Assembly (NCBI RefSeq): GCF_009914755.1
Contig: NC_060940.1
From: the human T2T-CHM13v2.0 reference genome, Homo sapiens
Length of the DNA stretch: 64,000 nucleotides
Reading direction: 5' to 3' (one strand)
Of the stretch, positions 1-17,131 are shown one piece after another (the stretch's first letter is position 1; each line of letters begins with the position of its first letter). Under the pieces are notes generated by a model. The model did not search any database. It was not told where the DNA came from and was given only the letters and a program-made list of their open reading frames with translations. Made by a program: the position numbers and the translations under genes.

Positions 1-88
1 TCATGTTTTCTGGCTATATTCACAATCGTTTATCTATTAGCAGAGGAAGAACCAATGCCAAAAGAAAACAAACAAAAAAGCTCAACTA

Positions 89-848
<760 letters not shown>

Positions 849-3838
849 TAGAGGTCATTATTAGGCCGTGTAAGTAGAAGTCACAGAAAAGCAGACTGTC
901 ATTTAATTTAAGGAAGAAGTTTGAAATAAAGCTTTTCACTGAAAGCAGGGAGATGGAATAGCTTAGATATGTCACAGAAAGAATTTCTGTAGCAGGTGGA
1001 AAATGGACTAAATTGGAGGGTTATTTCAACTCTTAAGATTCTATGGTTGTAATTTTAGGTTTTATTATAGGATATAACATTCATATTGCCTATTTAGCTC
1101 CTGAGTGGCAATTACAAAAGGTGAAGAAAGGTAAACACATGACAAGTCCTCCACTATCCAATTATGTCAGGAAATTATTTGTTATAGATGAATAAATTTT
1201 CCAGATAGATGGAATATATTTTAGCAAGACTCAAAAACTTTAATTACATGGATCTTTTCATTTCCCCCACCCCAGAAGGTAATGGTGGTGGTGGTAGAAT
1301 GCTCTGTTAGAACAAGATGAAAATAATTTTAAAGGGAGGTCTCATATGTTTACATTTTTGACAGTTATTCTTAATACCTCCAGGAATTACCCTAACTTAA
1401 TGTATTCGATTGAAATACATTAGATATTTGAAAATCATCTTAAGCAGAAAGAGTTAATTTTATATATATTAGTTATTATAAAAGAGAGGAAAACCTATAT
1501 AAAACTAAAGCAATGCTCACACCCAAGCTATTTGCTGTTTTTTTTCCTAAGGTACTTTAGTTATAGCATACTATTTTAAAAAATGGTACCTTTTCCTAAG
1601 TCAAAAAAGCATCAGATGTACGCACAATTAAAACACTTGTCACTCTACTTTTGCCCTAAGCAAAAAGAAGAAAAATGACTTATAAAATATTTAGATTGTC
1701 TCCTTGAATGATTAAAACTTTTATAAGGTACCATCCCTCTATTTTTCAGAATTTGTTTAAATCTTTATGCATTTGGCATGGTATTACTTATAAAAGTTTC
1801 AGAATTCCTAATTGTCTGACTAAGCCAAAGCATAAAATAGAAATTCTGTCTAGGAATTTCTTTCAGTTGTTTTTTCACTTAAAGTGGACTACTTCTTGGT
1901 TTTGTTATTTCTGTCAGATCTTCTGTATTAAAATGTTCTATTTTAACTGGGAAATTATAGAATATTAGCTAGTTCTGAAATACATCCTAGTTATTAAACT
2001 ATGTAGTATATTGTAGAAGAGTTAAGCTTTGTACTGCCTGTCAGGAATCAGAGTAACAGACATTCCTGTTGTTAACATTAGCTTTAAGGCTATTGACCTC
2101 TAGCATGCATACTTAAGGGTAAGAGGTGAACAGAAAGTAAATTCCAGGAGTGTGGAAAACCCAGCTATTGGTGAGAAATTTGTGGATTAGTGCAGTATAT
2201 GAAGAAAGACTGAAGCCAAACTTCAAAATAGGTCTCAGAAAATTTTGTTGTATTTAATTGTATTTAGGAGGTACATTCCCAGATACCTTAGGACTACTCA
2301 GTCACTTATTTATCATTATTGATACATGAAATATAAGATAATTTGTTAGGACCTACAGAGTCATCAAATTTATTCCTATGATTGTAACATTAATACAAAG
2401 CTGTTTTGAAATACTTAAGTATGAATGACAAGGTTTCTCTATTTGGGCAATTGGACTGAAATGATTTTAAATTAAGGAAATGTTTTAATACAATATGGTG
2501 TGGATATAGTTAGGAAGCATGGACTGCAGTTTCTTGTTAAATAAAATCTGATCATTTGCTTTGGTCAACTATGCAAATACTTTGCACATTTACTATGTAA
2601 GGAATACTTTACAAATTATGGAAAGAGGATAATCTTTGAGAGCTGTTTTTCCTACATAAGTATGTGTTTGTATGCCTGAAAACAGTACAGGTTTACATTG
2701 ACCATTTCATGGGTTCATAGAATTTTTGACCTGAACATGGTTTCACTCTATCCTCATATGCAAAGAATAAACAGGGTTAGAAAGATCATGACTTGCTTGC
2801 TGTCACATAACTAGTTAGCATGTTCCTTTCATAGATCAAACTGTGTAGTGTTCAAAGGTGATCAGAAGTGACAGCAGTACCCACACTATGGACAGATACA
2901 TATTTAATAGGCCATATTATAAAATACAATTGTACCTGGTTGTCTTTGATTATTGAGAAATACTTTTTAGTTTTGTATGTGTCAATTTTAATGTCTAAAT
3001 TTTTTATCTCTGTGTTTAGTGTTTAAAAATGTAACTTTACTGTACCTTGTCAAATGTAGGTATAAATTGTATATACATGTGAATGAATTTTAAATAACAT
3101 CTGTGTTTTAGAAATGTTGACTTTTTAGCTCTTCTATTTGTTCAGTATTTATTAGATGTCTGCCATATGTAAGAAATTATGCCAGGCACTGAGGTTGCAG
3201 AGATGATTAAGAGAAAATTGTCCTACTTTCCTATTGTTCTATATTATAATTTCAGAGATGTTCTCTTTTCATTTCTGATTCATTTCCAGTTGACAGTGGT
3301 TTCTAGCACTTTCTCTTAGCCCTCTAGCTTAGTGATTTGTAATGAGTAATTTACAAACAAAAAATTAATTTTCATTCTACTTAAAGAAGGTGTTCCTCTA
3401 AGTTTCTAGCTTAGCTCTTTGTTTCATGGCATTTGACAATCTGTAATTATTTGATTCTTCAAATACATATTATATACATAATATAGTGTATATCATATAT
3501 ACATATCATATATAGCTATCTAAGGTCCAATTGCTTTTGTAAATGACAGTGCCAAGAAAGTGGACCATTCTCTTTTTAGTTTCTATTCTACCTATATTTA
3601 TTACAAATTATCGCAAAACTCTTACAAAAATGTGCTATGGGATTCAACTTTTATGAGATTTTTGTTAAAAAAAGGGTTATTGGTCACTTAGACAGATATT
3701 CTTAGAAGATTGTATTGTAGGATAAATTTCCTAGGATTTTTCCCCCTAATTACATTAAGTGAAAGTAAGATTTTGGAAGTAATTTTTAAAAATAATATAG
3801 GAAACATTGAGTATAATTAGAATTAGAAATAGTAATAA

Positions 3839-4172
<334 letters not shown>

Positions 4173-4431
4173 TAAAAGTGGTTTTACCCACATTATTTGA
4201 GTTTTTTAGTAGTACATTGGAATATATATAGATATATTAATATAAAAGTTGGTATTATTTCATGGAATTTACAGATTTGAGGTGTTGAGAGGGAAAGTAA
4301 CCTCTAATGTAGATAGCTACTAATGGTTTAGTAGAAACTTGGCTCTAAATTTATTATGCATTCTATGGTACCTAACTGCCTTTTACTCACAGCAAAAAAA
4401 TAACAAAAGTTCATAGAGCACCTATTGTGTA

Positions 4432-4488
4432 TTAGGTTGGTGCAAAACTTTCAGTGGCAAAAATTGCAATTATTTTGCACCAACCTAT
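4432..4488. mobile_element. MADE1 (Hsmar1-derived MITE), internally deleted
   Basis: Terminal inverted repeats taggttggtgcaaaa / ttttgcaccaaccta. Confidence 0.9.
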
Positions 4489-4550
4489 CAGGTATTGTGC
4501 TAAGTACTTAAAAGTACAAGTATAAAGAGACTATTTTTGGGAGTGGAGGG

Positions 4551-5156
4551 GCAGACAGGGTCTGGCTGTGTTACCCAGGCTGGAGTACAATGGTGCAATC
4601 ACAGCACACTGTAGCCTTGAACTCCTGGGTTCAAGAGATCTTCCCACCTCAGCCTCCTGAGTAGGTAGAACTGCAGGCGTGGGCCACCACGCCTGGCGAA
4701 TTTTAAAATTTTTAAATTATAGCTGTGAGTCACCAGGCATGGTGCTTTGGGAGCACCAGCACTTTGGGAGGCTGAAGTGGACAGGTCACTTGAGCTCAAG
4801 AGTTTTGAAACCAGCCTGAGCTTCTTGGTGAAACCCTGTCTCTACTAAAAATACAAAATTAACTGGGCGTTGTGGTGCATGCCTGTAGTCCCAGTTACTC
4901 GGGAGGCTGAGGTGGGAGGATCGCTTGAGCATAGGAGGTCAAAGCCACAGTGATCTGATATCATGCCCTGCACTCCAGCCTGGGTGACAGATGAGACCCT
5001 GTCTCAAAACATATAAATAAATGAAATAAAACTTTTTTGTAGAGATGGATCTCACTATGTTGCCCAGGACAGTCTTGAACTCCTGGCCTCAAGCAGCCCT
5101 CCCACCTTGACCTCCCAAAGCACTGGAATTACAAGCATGAGCCATGGCTTCTGGCT
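4551..5156 (-). mobile_element. AluJ split by an opposite-strand Alu (inner + copy about 4733-5030)
   Basis: Antisense right arm 4551-4712, then a sense Alu, then antisense left arm 5033-5156. Confidence 0.85.
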
Positions 5157-5304
5157 AAAGAGGACTTTAAGGCTAGATCTCAACTGGTGTTTTTGTTATG
5201 TTACAAGAAAAAAGGTAGCTCCAAGTCAGCTTAAACAATATCAGAAATGTCAATATTATGAATTTCTTTAAAATATCTGTATTGAAAGTCTCATTTTTTC
5301 TAAT

Positions 5305-6320
5305 CTTTTATTTTGAAAAAATTTCAACTTATCAGAAAGGTGAAAGAATAGTACCCTTTACATATATTCACTAATTGTTAATTATTTTGCCACATTTGCT
5401 TTCTCTTACTATTTTTATTTCTAATTTTTCTTTGGCTGAACCATTTGACAGTAAGTTGTAGACATCATGGAGATGTTGCCCCTAAATATTTTAACATGAC
5501 TCCCTTTAGAATGGGAACATTCACCTCCATGAATATAAGACTTTTACCACAACCAAGAAATATAACATAAAATAACATTATATACTATATAGTCCAAATT
5601 CAAAATTTTTAACTTGTCCCAATAATATTCTTTAGAGAGATATCTGGTTTAAATTTCAGGATCCAATCAAGGGTCAGGCATTACATTTAGTTGTTATGTC
5701 TCTTTAACCTCCTTTAACCTAATACAAGTGTTCCCTGTCCTTTCTGTTGTTCCATCCTAACATGACATTTTTTTAAAATACAGGTACAAGCCAGTTACCT
5801 GTATTTGTTTGGTTATTCATAATTCAGGTTAAGCAGTTTTTTTTTGTTTTTTTTTGTTTGTTTTTTTTTGGTGAGAATGCTGTATATATGATAGCTATTG
5901 GATCACATTAAGACACATGATATTAGTTTGTCCCATTATTGGTGATGCTTGATTTTCTCAGTATAGGTATCTTTTCACCTTTGTAATTAATCACGGGGAT
6001 TTTTATATAAAAGAGTTAGATTCATGGATTTTTTAAAAAATCAGTTGTAAAAATCAGTGTGTTAAAAATCATTGTACTATAATATGTTATAAAAATGTGT
6101 TTATAAAAAATGTGTTATAAAAATTAATGTGTTAAAAATCAATGTCGTAACCGATTGCCATCATTATTCTTTTTGAATATTTGGCCAGAGGAAGCCCTGT
6201 CAAGCCAACTCTGTGCTATTTTAACAGATGCTCATTAATCTTTAAGTACTTCTGGTGCAAGAACTTTGTAATTACCCTGCCTTAGACCTGGAATGAGCCA
6301 TTTCTTCAAGGAGCTCATTT
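5305..6320 (-). mobile_element. Old L1 (L1MC-like) 3' fragments
   Basis: tttattttgaaaaaatttcaac...gaaccatttga..gtaagttgtagacatcatg...caggatccaatcaagg is typical of L1MC 3'UTR in antisense. Confidence 0.6.
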
Positions 6321-6373
6321 GCTTTTTGATTGACCTTGTAAAATGCATCGTGCAGTACTAGTATTTTGTAATT

Positions 6374-6376
<3 letters not shown>

Positions 6377-6414
<38 letters not shown>
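6377..6414. repeat. (GT)n microsatellite
   Basis: Read directly. Confidence 0.97.
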
Positions 6415-6416
<2 letters not shown>

Positions 6417-6922
6417 GGAAGCTTGTGGTTATATGAACAAATTCCAGAAATTCTGATTGAATTTCACAAGTGCTTTGTCAACATCTCTGATTTTGTTTAG
6501 GCCCTTACTTAGTATTTTATTTAAGTTAAACTGATATTGAGCGAAGGGATTTGTGTTTTTTTAGGTTGGACACAAATTTTTGAGAACATAACTGCTAAGC
6601 ACTGATATTCTAAGACAGCTTTGTCAATAGGATATTATAGATGAATTCAGAAAGTTTTTTGAACACTTATCATAAATAATACACTATGTTAGGCATTCTG
6701 CTTTTCTTGCAACTCAGGAAGGAAGTAAGGCCCATATAACAAATATGCATAACAAAAGGTAGTCCCAATGCATGAACCTCTAAAATAATGTGTATTAAAG
6801 CAGCAGTATAGACACAGATAATATATATAATAATTGTTGATAGATACTAAAATATCAGTTATGCTTTTGTGTTTCTCCTTTTAGGATTGGCATATTTTAA
6901 ATCTATTAATAAAAACAATTTA

Positions 6923-7302
<380 letters not shown>

Positions 7303-7362
7303 CTAGAAAAGTAATACATGTCCACTGAAAGTATTCAGGAAACAGTTTAGAAAGCCCAAAAG

Positions 7363-7625
7363 GACCAGACGCTGTGGCTCATGTTTATAATACTAACACT
7401 TTGGGAGGCCGAGGCAGGTGATCACTTGAGCTGAGGCGTTTGAGACCAGCCTGAGCAAAATGGCAAAACCCCGTCTCTACAAAAACTACCAAAAAATGTA
7501 GCCAAGTGTGGTGATACGCACCTGTAGTCCCAGCTGCTCAGGAGGCTGAGTTGGAGGATTACTTGAGCCCAGGAGACAGGGGTTGCAGGTGACAGAGGGA
7601 GACCCTATCTCAAAACAAACAAAAC
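7363..7625 (+). mobile_element. Alu (AluJ-like, right-arm deletion)
   Basis: Alu text ending in a (CA)n tail. Confidence 0.85.

Positions 7626-7626
<1 letters not shown>

Positions 7627-7694
<68 letters not shown>
7627..7694. repeat. (CA)n microsatellite in an Alu tail
   Basis: Read directly; one GA interruption. Confidence 0.97.
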
Positions 7695-7696
<2 letters not shown>

Positions 7697-9187
7697 CAGG
7701 AAAGTACCCCCTCATCCCACCAATTAGAAATAATCACTTTTTATGTTTTGGGGATATATGCTTTTAGTTTTGTACTCTATAACCATTTACCTATTTGTTT
7801 TCTATATCAAATTTTCAGCTTTATGGAGATAAAATGGACATATAATAAACAGAACATATTTAAAGTATAGAATTGGGTAAATTTTGACATATGTATATAC
7901 CAGTGAAATTAATATCACAGTGAAAATACAGAACATACTCATTACCCCCAAAAGTTCCCTATTGCCTCTTTGTAATTCTTCCTTCCATCTCCTCCTTCGC
8001 GCACCCAGACAACCACTGATCTGATTTCTGTCACTCTATGTCCATTTTCTGGAATTTATATATAAATGGATTCAATAGTATGTACAGTTTGTATAGCTTC
8101 TTTTACTCAACACAATTATTTTGAGGTTCACCCAGTCATTGCAAGTAAAATAATTCATTCCCTTTTATTGTTAAAATAATATTTCATTATATGGATCTAC
8201 TATAATTTGTTCGTTCACCTGATGATGTATATGATTTCCCGTTTGGGGTTATTATCAATGAAGACACTATGAACATTTTTATGTAGTCTTGTGAAGACAT
8301 ACATTTTTATTTCCATTGGGTAAATACCTGGCAATGGCTGGGTTTTTAATAGGTATATATTTAACTTTTTACGAAACTAGGAAAATATTTTTCTAAAGAG
8401 ATTGTACCATTTTACATTTCCTCTAACAGTGTCTAAGAGTTCCGTTCGCTCCACATCGTTGTCAGTGCTTGATCTGATATGGTCACTGTTTTTAATTTTA
8501 GCCATACTGATAGGTGAAGATAGTGGTATCTGATTGTGGTTTTAATTTGTATTTCCTTAATGATTCATGATATTGAACATTTTTTTCATGTGCTTATTTC
8601 TATCCATATATATCCTTTGGTGAAGTCCCTGAAATTTTTGCCCACTTACAAAATTGGGTTGTTTGATTTGTTATTGTGTTGTAATATTCTAGTTGTCAGA
8701 TATCTATTTTGCAGATATATTTTCTCCCAGTCTGTGGGTTGCCTTTTTTTTTCTTAACAGCATGTTTTGAAGGGCAAAAGTTGTTAAAGTTGATGAAGTC
8801 TAGTTCATTACTTCTTTTTGAAAATAAAATTGTGTTTTGTTTCATGTTTAAGAAATCTATGCCTGCCCAAGGTCAGTGAAGATTTTCTCTTATGTTTTCA
8901 TGTAGAAGTTCTGTGTTTTTCTTAAATGTTGGTACAGTTCACCATTGAAGCTATTCAGAAATTTTCTAGATGGGAATATTTTTAATTATAAATTTAATTT
9001 CTTTAATAGGTGTAGGTCTCCTTAGGTTATCTGTGTCTTTTTGAGTGAGTTTTTGGTAGTTCATGCTTTTCAAGGTATTTTTCCCATTTCATTCAAGCTG
9101 TTAAATTTATCAGTATAATGTTTTTCATAACATTTCCAGCCTTTGAGTATCTATACAATTAATTATGTACATTTCTGATAATGGTAA

Positions 9188-9636
<449 letters not shown>

Positions 9637-9879
9637 AAATTTGTTATTTTTTTTAATGTGGAAGCTAACAAACATCATTAAGATCTTTCTTCTTATTCTA
9701 TTATAGGCATTTGATGCTATACATTTCCCATTAAGTGTTGTTTTAACTGCATCTCACAGATTTGTATTATGTTTCATTTTTATTCAGTTATTCAAGATAA
9801 TTTTGAATTCTGTTTTAAGTTTTGAATTCCCCCTTTAATTTCTTCTTTGGCCCATGGATTATTTTGAAATGTGTTATTT

Positions 9880-10095
9880 AGCCTCGGCAACATGGCAAAA
9901 CCCACTCTCTACAAAAAAATACAAAAATTAGCTGGGTTTGGTGGCATGCACCTGTAGTCCCAGCTCCTCAGGTGGCTGAGGTGAGAGGATCACTTGAGCC
10001 CAGGATGTTGAGGCTGCAGTGAACCAAGATCGTGCCACTACAGACTGCAGTCCAGCCTGGTTGATGGAGTGAAACCCTGTCTCAAAAACCAAAAA
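9880..10095 (+). mobile_element. Alu (5'-truncated AluJ-like)
   Basis: Partial Alu. Confidence 0.85.
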
Positions 10096-10410
10096 GGAAG
10101 GAAATGTGTTATTTAATTATATTTGCTTTCTAGAGACCTTTCTAATTTAATTCCATTGTAATCAGAGTACATAATTTGTATGTTTTAAATTTGTTTACAT
10201 TTATTTAGACTTGTTTCTTTTACATGTTTTACATTTGTTTACATTTATTTAGACTTGTTTCTATGGCTTCTATTAGTGGCTTTGCATGTATTCTTTGCTC
10301 TGTTACCTACTTTGTCTGATACTAATGTAATCATTTCTGTTTTGTGTTTATATTAACATGGTATATCTTTTTCTGCCCTTGTACTTTTAACCTATTTATG
10401 TATTAATTAA

Positions 10411-10630
<220 letters not shown>

Positions 10631-11574
10631 TTGCATACCTGATAATGTTTGAATAAATGCCAGATGTGAATTTCACCTTCTTGAGTAATGGGAAATTTTG
10701 TATTCCTCTAAATATTCTTAAGTTTTGTTCTGGGATGCAGTTAAGTACTTGGAAATCATTTTGTCCTTTTGAAATACACTTTTAAGCTTTTTTAGCCCGG
10801 ACCAGCGCAATCTTTTGTATAGGGCTAATTTTACTCCCCTACTGACACAATCGCCTTGTGAGTCCTCTACCGGATGACAGTTAAAGTTTTTTACTGTGGC
10901 TAATGGGAACATGCTGATTTTTTTCTGGGTTTTGGGTAATCTTTTCACGGACAATTGCTGATCACTACTCATCTAGAACCTTTAAAGGGCACCCTCTGAA
11001 GATCTCTGGAGGTCTTTCTCTGTGGAACTCTCTCCTTTCTGGAACTTTGCCATATAAACCAGTTACCTTGGGTTCTTGGCTTCAAGTTCTATCTCCAACT
11101 CAGGGAGCCTGCCAGATTTTACCTGCACTCCCTGTTCTATTCTGCAGTTTGCAGTAAGCTGGGGCAATAGTAGGTCTTAGTTGTCTTGTCTCCTTTCTCT
11201 TAGGGATTGCTGTCCTGGGCTGCCTGATGTACAATATCTAAAAACTATTGTTTCATATATTTTGCCTTGTTTTTCAGTTGTTTCAAGCATGAGAATAAAT
11301 CTGGTCCCTATTACTCCATCTTGGCCCTAATCGGAAGACATACATCATTTTAATGACTGCATAATGTTTCATAATATGGAATTGTCATAATTGTTTATTC
11401 TTCTTTGACAGTATGATAAGCATCTTTATAGATACATTGTTGTGTATAACCATGATTAGATTCCTGGAAAATAAGGCAAATATACATTTTCAAAGCTTTG
11501 ATATGAACTGACAAGTTTTCCTTTGAAGATTTATACAAAGCTGTAACTGCTTTTGAGCAATTATACTCAAGTTC

Positions 11575-11770
11575 ATGGCTTTACATATATTTTCTCATTT
11601 AATCTTCACAATATCTCTGAGTTAGATCTTATCATCTACTGTTTTTACAGATAAGGACATGAAGCATAGGATGGTTAAATGGCTTGCTCAGAGTCATACA
11701 GATAGTGGCAAAGCAAGGATTCAAAGATAGGAGGCAGGACTCTGGGGCCCATACTACTGTCTGTCGCCTT
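11575..11770 (-). mobile_element. MIR
   Basis: ctcatttaatcttcacaa...ttttacagataagga...ggttaaatggcttgctcagagtcataca is the MIR core. Confidence 0.7.
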
Positions 11771-11810
11771 AGAATATGGGGATATTGAAGCTGGAAGGAA
11801 CCTACAACCA

Positions 11811-12328
11811 TGTATCAGTTTCTCCTGCTGTTGTAATAAGTTATCACAAACTTAGGTGTCTTAGAACAACACATATTTATTATCTTACAGTTCTGGAGAT
11901 CAGAAGTCTGAACTGGATCTCACTGGACTAAAATCAAGATGTCAATAGGGTTGCAGTCCTTTCTAGAAGCTCTAGGGGATGATCAATTTTCTTGGCCAGT
12001 TTATAAAGGCTGCCCACATTCTGTGGCTTGTGGCACCATTCCGTCTTTAAATCCAGCAATGGCTGGTCAAGTCTTTCTCACGTTGTATCACCCTAATGTT
12101 TTTGTTTTGTTTTGTTTTTGTTTTTCCTCCGTCTTCCACTTATAAGGACCCTAGTGATTACATCGGGCCTACATGGATAATTTAGGATAATTTCCCAGCT
12201 CAGCTGATGAACAACCTTAATTCAATCTGCAACTTGAATTATTTGCCATATTACCTAAAATATTCACAGGTTTTGAGGATTAGGAGATTGATACATTGAA
12301 TAATCAGGCCATTATTCTGCCAACAACA
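11811..12328 (-). mobile_element. MLT1 (MLT1D-like) solo LTR
   Basis: Ends are the reverse complement of MLT1 termini (tgtatcagtttct... and ...ggccattattctgccaacaaca); near-TSD AACCA/AGCCA. Confidence 0.8.
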
Positions 12329-12596
12329 AGCCATAAAGGTCAATTAGAAGATGCTGCTTTAACAAAAAATTAACAAGGGACTGATTTATGACTTTATGAC
12401 CTCATGACCTCACATTATGAAAAGCCTATTTGAGTACCTTTCTTTTCTGCTCAGTTTCTTCTCACTTCTGCTTATGCTAGGAATTATTTAGTGGTATAGA
12501 GTGAAGTGATTTAGAGTTGGGTTACTTGAAATTTATAGTTCCAGATTTCCCAATAATGCATATTTGAACAATTTAAATAAACTGAGCAATTTTTGA

Positions 12597-13048
<452 letters not shown>

Positions 13049-14202
13049 GACACCTTAATATATACATGAAGAAACTAGGTTCTAGGTACTATAGCTTCTA
13101 AGTCACAGACTTAAGGCATGAACCCAGATTTGAGAAAAGTAGGTATTAGGAAAATATTTTAAAAGTAATGATTTGTTTGTACGTCTGGATCTGAAAGGGA
13201 AAAAAACGAAAAAGACATGATTTGATCCAGTATTTTTTAATTAATGATGATTCCTTACATTAAGGCTTTTAAATTTAGTACTAGAAGGAGCCTTAATCAT
13301 TTAATAATTTTTAATTTTTCAGTTGGAGAAACTGAGGCCCAGATAGAGTCTACATAGCCTTTTAGTGGCATAATCCAAAGAGGTTTCCTAATCCTATTTT
13401 CTTTTCTATTGCTCTTGTTATTACATAACTATTTCTTAATCCATTTTTATGCAGTCTTACTCCTAATTTTTGTTGGTTTCAAGGAAAGAGTACAAATGAA
13501 AGCTCTCATTACCGTGTGCCTAAATATTTGAAAGTTCAAAATCAAGCCAGTAAACTATGTTCTTTCCTTCATCCTTGATAAATGGAAGCACTGATTTGAA
13601 TTTAGCATTCTTGGACTCTCTGGAGTTCTACATCCAGAATCTGGCAGAAGCAGGCTATTCTACTCTATTCTACTTGTCTTTCCAATCCTGGTTCCATCCT
13701 AAACCCCAAGAGGCCTCATGAATACACATGAACTTCTCAGGCTATGTATGTAAGTGCCATCTTTTTCTCCCCATCTCTTTGGCCTAAGCATGCACATACT
13801 GGCAGTAAAGTTCATCCTTGAGAGAACACACATAGGGAATAGGCTCAGGCAGGTTCTGCAAGTGGGTATGAGACTGTTGGGGCAGAGAATTTCAGAGTGT
13901 CAGGGACCTGGAGCATGTTCCATAAGATGGGAAGGGTGATATATCCTTTTGACCCCAGGAGGACTATGGCAAAAGAACCAGACCCTCTAAATTGTGAAGC
14001 CCAGGGAAGGAACACATCTTGTCAAATGTAAAAGCCGGTGTTTTCTTCATGAACAGTGACACAGATTTGTGAAGTTAGTTGGTGAGAGATGTGGATAGTT
14101 TGTCTGTGACCAGAATCATGATTTTCTCTCTATGGAAATCAACCTCTACTTTGGGCTCCATATCTTCTGTCAATTCAAGTAATTTTGGTTTATTAAATAC
14201 TT

Positions 14203-14555
14203 CTTGTTTTTGTTGGTTTCTTTTTTTTTTTTTTTTTTTTTTTGAGACAAGGTCTTGCTCTGTCACCCAGGCTGGAGTGTAGTGGCGCAAACATGGCTCA
14301 CTGTACCCTTGACCTCCTGGGTTCAAGTGATCTTCCGTGCTAAAGTGATCTTCCTGCCTCAGCCTCCCATGTAGCTGGGATCTCCCAGTTAGCTGGGCGT
14401 GGTGGCATGCCTGGCTAATAATTTTTTTATTCGTTGTAGAGATGAGACTCTCACTGCCTTGCCCAGGCTTATCTTGAACTCCTGGGCTCAAGTAATCGTC
14501 CTGCCTTGGCCTCCCAAAGTGCTGGGATTACAAACATGAGCCACCTCACCTGGCC
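14203..14555 (-). mobile_element. Alu (AluJ-like)
   Basis: Antisense dimer; TSD ttattaaatactt. Confidence 0.9.
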
Positions 14556-14658
14556 TTATTAAATACTTTTAAGAATTTATGGATGACTATAGTTTTAAAG
14601 TTTTCTTCAAAGCAAAGCTATATATGTACTTGGGATTCTGGACTTTAAATTGAAATTG

Positions 14659-14828
14659 GGCCAGGCATACTGGCGCACACCTGTAGTCCCAGTTACTTGA
14701 GAAGCTGAGTTCAGAGGATTGTTGAGGCTAGGACTTTGAGGCTGTAGTGTGCTATGATCCTGCTTATGAATAACCACTGCATTCTAGCCTGGGCAACATA
14801 GCGAGACCCTGTTTCTAAAAAAAAAATT
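14659..14828 (+). mobile_element. FAM-like Alu monomer
   Basis: Monomer retaining the 7SL-like tgaataaccactgcattc segment. Confidence 0.75.
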
Positions 14829-15397
14829 AAAAACGAAATTGTCTTATGAATACATATATGTGAATCACTTAGAGTCAATAGTTAAGATTTTGCCGTATTT
14901 GCTTTATTTGTGTATATAGGATAGATTTTGGTTTTGGCTTTAAAAGTAAATTGCAGTTATCATGAGACTTTACCTCTAACTATTTTATTAGACATCTCCC
15001 AAGAATGACATTCTTCTATACAACTAGTATCACACCTAAGGTAACTGCTAATTCTATATCATCTAAAACCTAATCCAAATTCAAGTTTTCCCAGTTGTTA
15101 GAACCAGCAGTTAATTTTTTTTTATCATTTTCACTTAAAATATCAGCTCTCTTAAAATATCAGTTTTGATCACTATATGAGAATTAAAAACACTATTTAA
15201 AATTGTTGGAGCCATGTTTATTAATTGTTAACCTCCTGTCTTATACATATTTATGTCCCTCTGCATCATCTTAAAGGGGGATCAATAAGTATTTGTCAAA
15301 TTACATTAAAATGAATTATTTGCAGTTTATTTTTTGAAGCCTATTATAAATAATGTATCTTGTACCCAGTCATACTGTTTTGTCATTTAAAAAATTA

Positions 15398-15703
<306 letters not shown>

Positions 15704-15819
15704 TAGTAATTAAGCATGGCATACAGATTTTTATATATTTTCTCATCAGCACAGTGCCCTTTGAAGAGCAGTGGTCATTATGAGTTTCTCTAGGAAGTTC
15801 TTGAATTGTTACCTTACCT

Positions 15820-16099
15820 TCTTTTTTTTTTTTTTTTGAGACTGAGTCTTGCTCTGTCACCCAGGCTGGAGTGCAATGGTGCCATCTCGGCTCACTGCAA
15901 CCTCCACCTCAGCCTCAGCCTCCCGAGTAGCTGGGATTACAGTTGCCCACCACCACGCCCAGCTAATTTTCGTATTTTTAGTGGAGCTGGGGTTTCACCA
16001 TGTTAGCCAGGCTGGCCTCGAACTGCTGACCTCAGGTGATCCACCTTCCTCGGCCTCCCAAAGTGCTGAGATTACAGACATGAGCCACCGCCCCCGGCC
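15820..16099 (-). mobile_element. Alu (AluS-like, small internal deletion)
   Basis: Antisense dimer. Confidence 0.92.
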
Positions 16100-16452
16100 T
16101 TACCTTTGTTTTAATGTGCTTTCCCAATTTAGTTTTTCCTTCTGGGAAAATGTTGGTTAAAACTGGGGTAAATGGAAAGGATTTGCATAATTTGAGGACA
16201 GCAAGTTCGATGCTAAGGATCTCCTTAAATTTATTTTATCTTCAGGGGAGAGAAATATGACAAGGATTATAAATATTTTGAAACTTTTAGTGATGTATTT
16301 AGGGGAATTATAGAGACAGTACTTTTTAAGAAGAGACTTATTGAAATGTAGAGAAGGAATATATTTAATTTTCAGCACTGTGGATTTCTTAAGTGCATAT
16401 CAGCACCACTCTGATCTCTATTAGTGGTATGGTTATTGAAACAGACATCTCT

Positions 16453-17131
<679 letters not shown>

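Noticed and set aside
6030-6150. Degenerate aaaaat(c/g)tgtgtta repeats
   Set aside because: Low-complexity AT-rich slippage within old L1 sequence; no regular unit.
13640-14200. GC-richer non-Alu stretch that might be a pseudogene or RNA gene
   Set aside because: No recognisable ORF homology, snoRNA boxes or tRNA fold; probably an old repeat that I cannot name.
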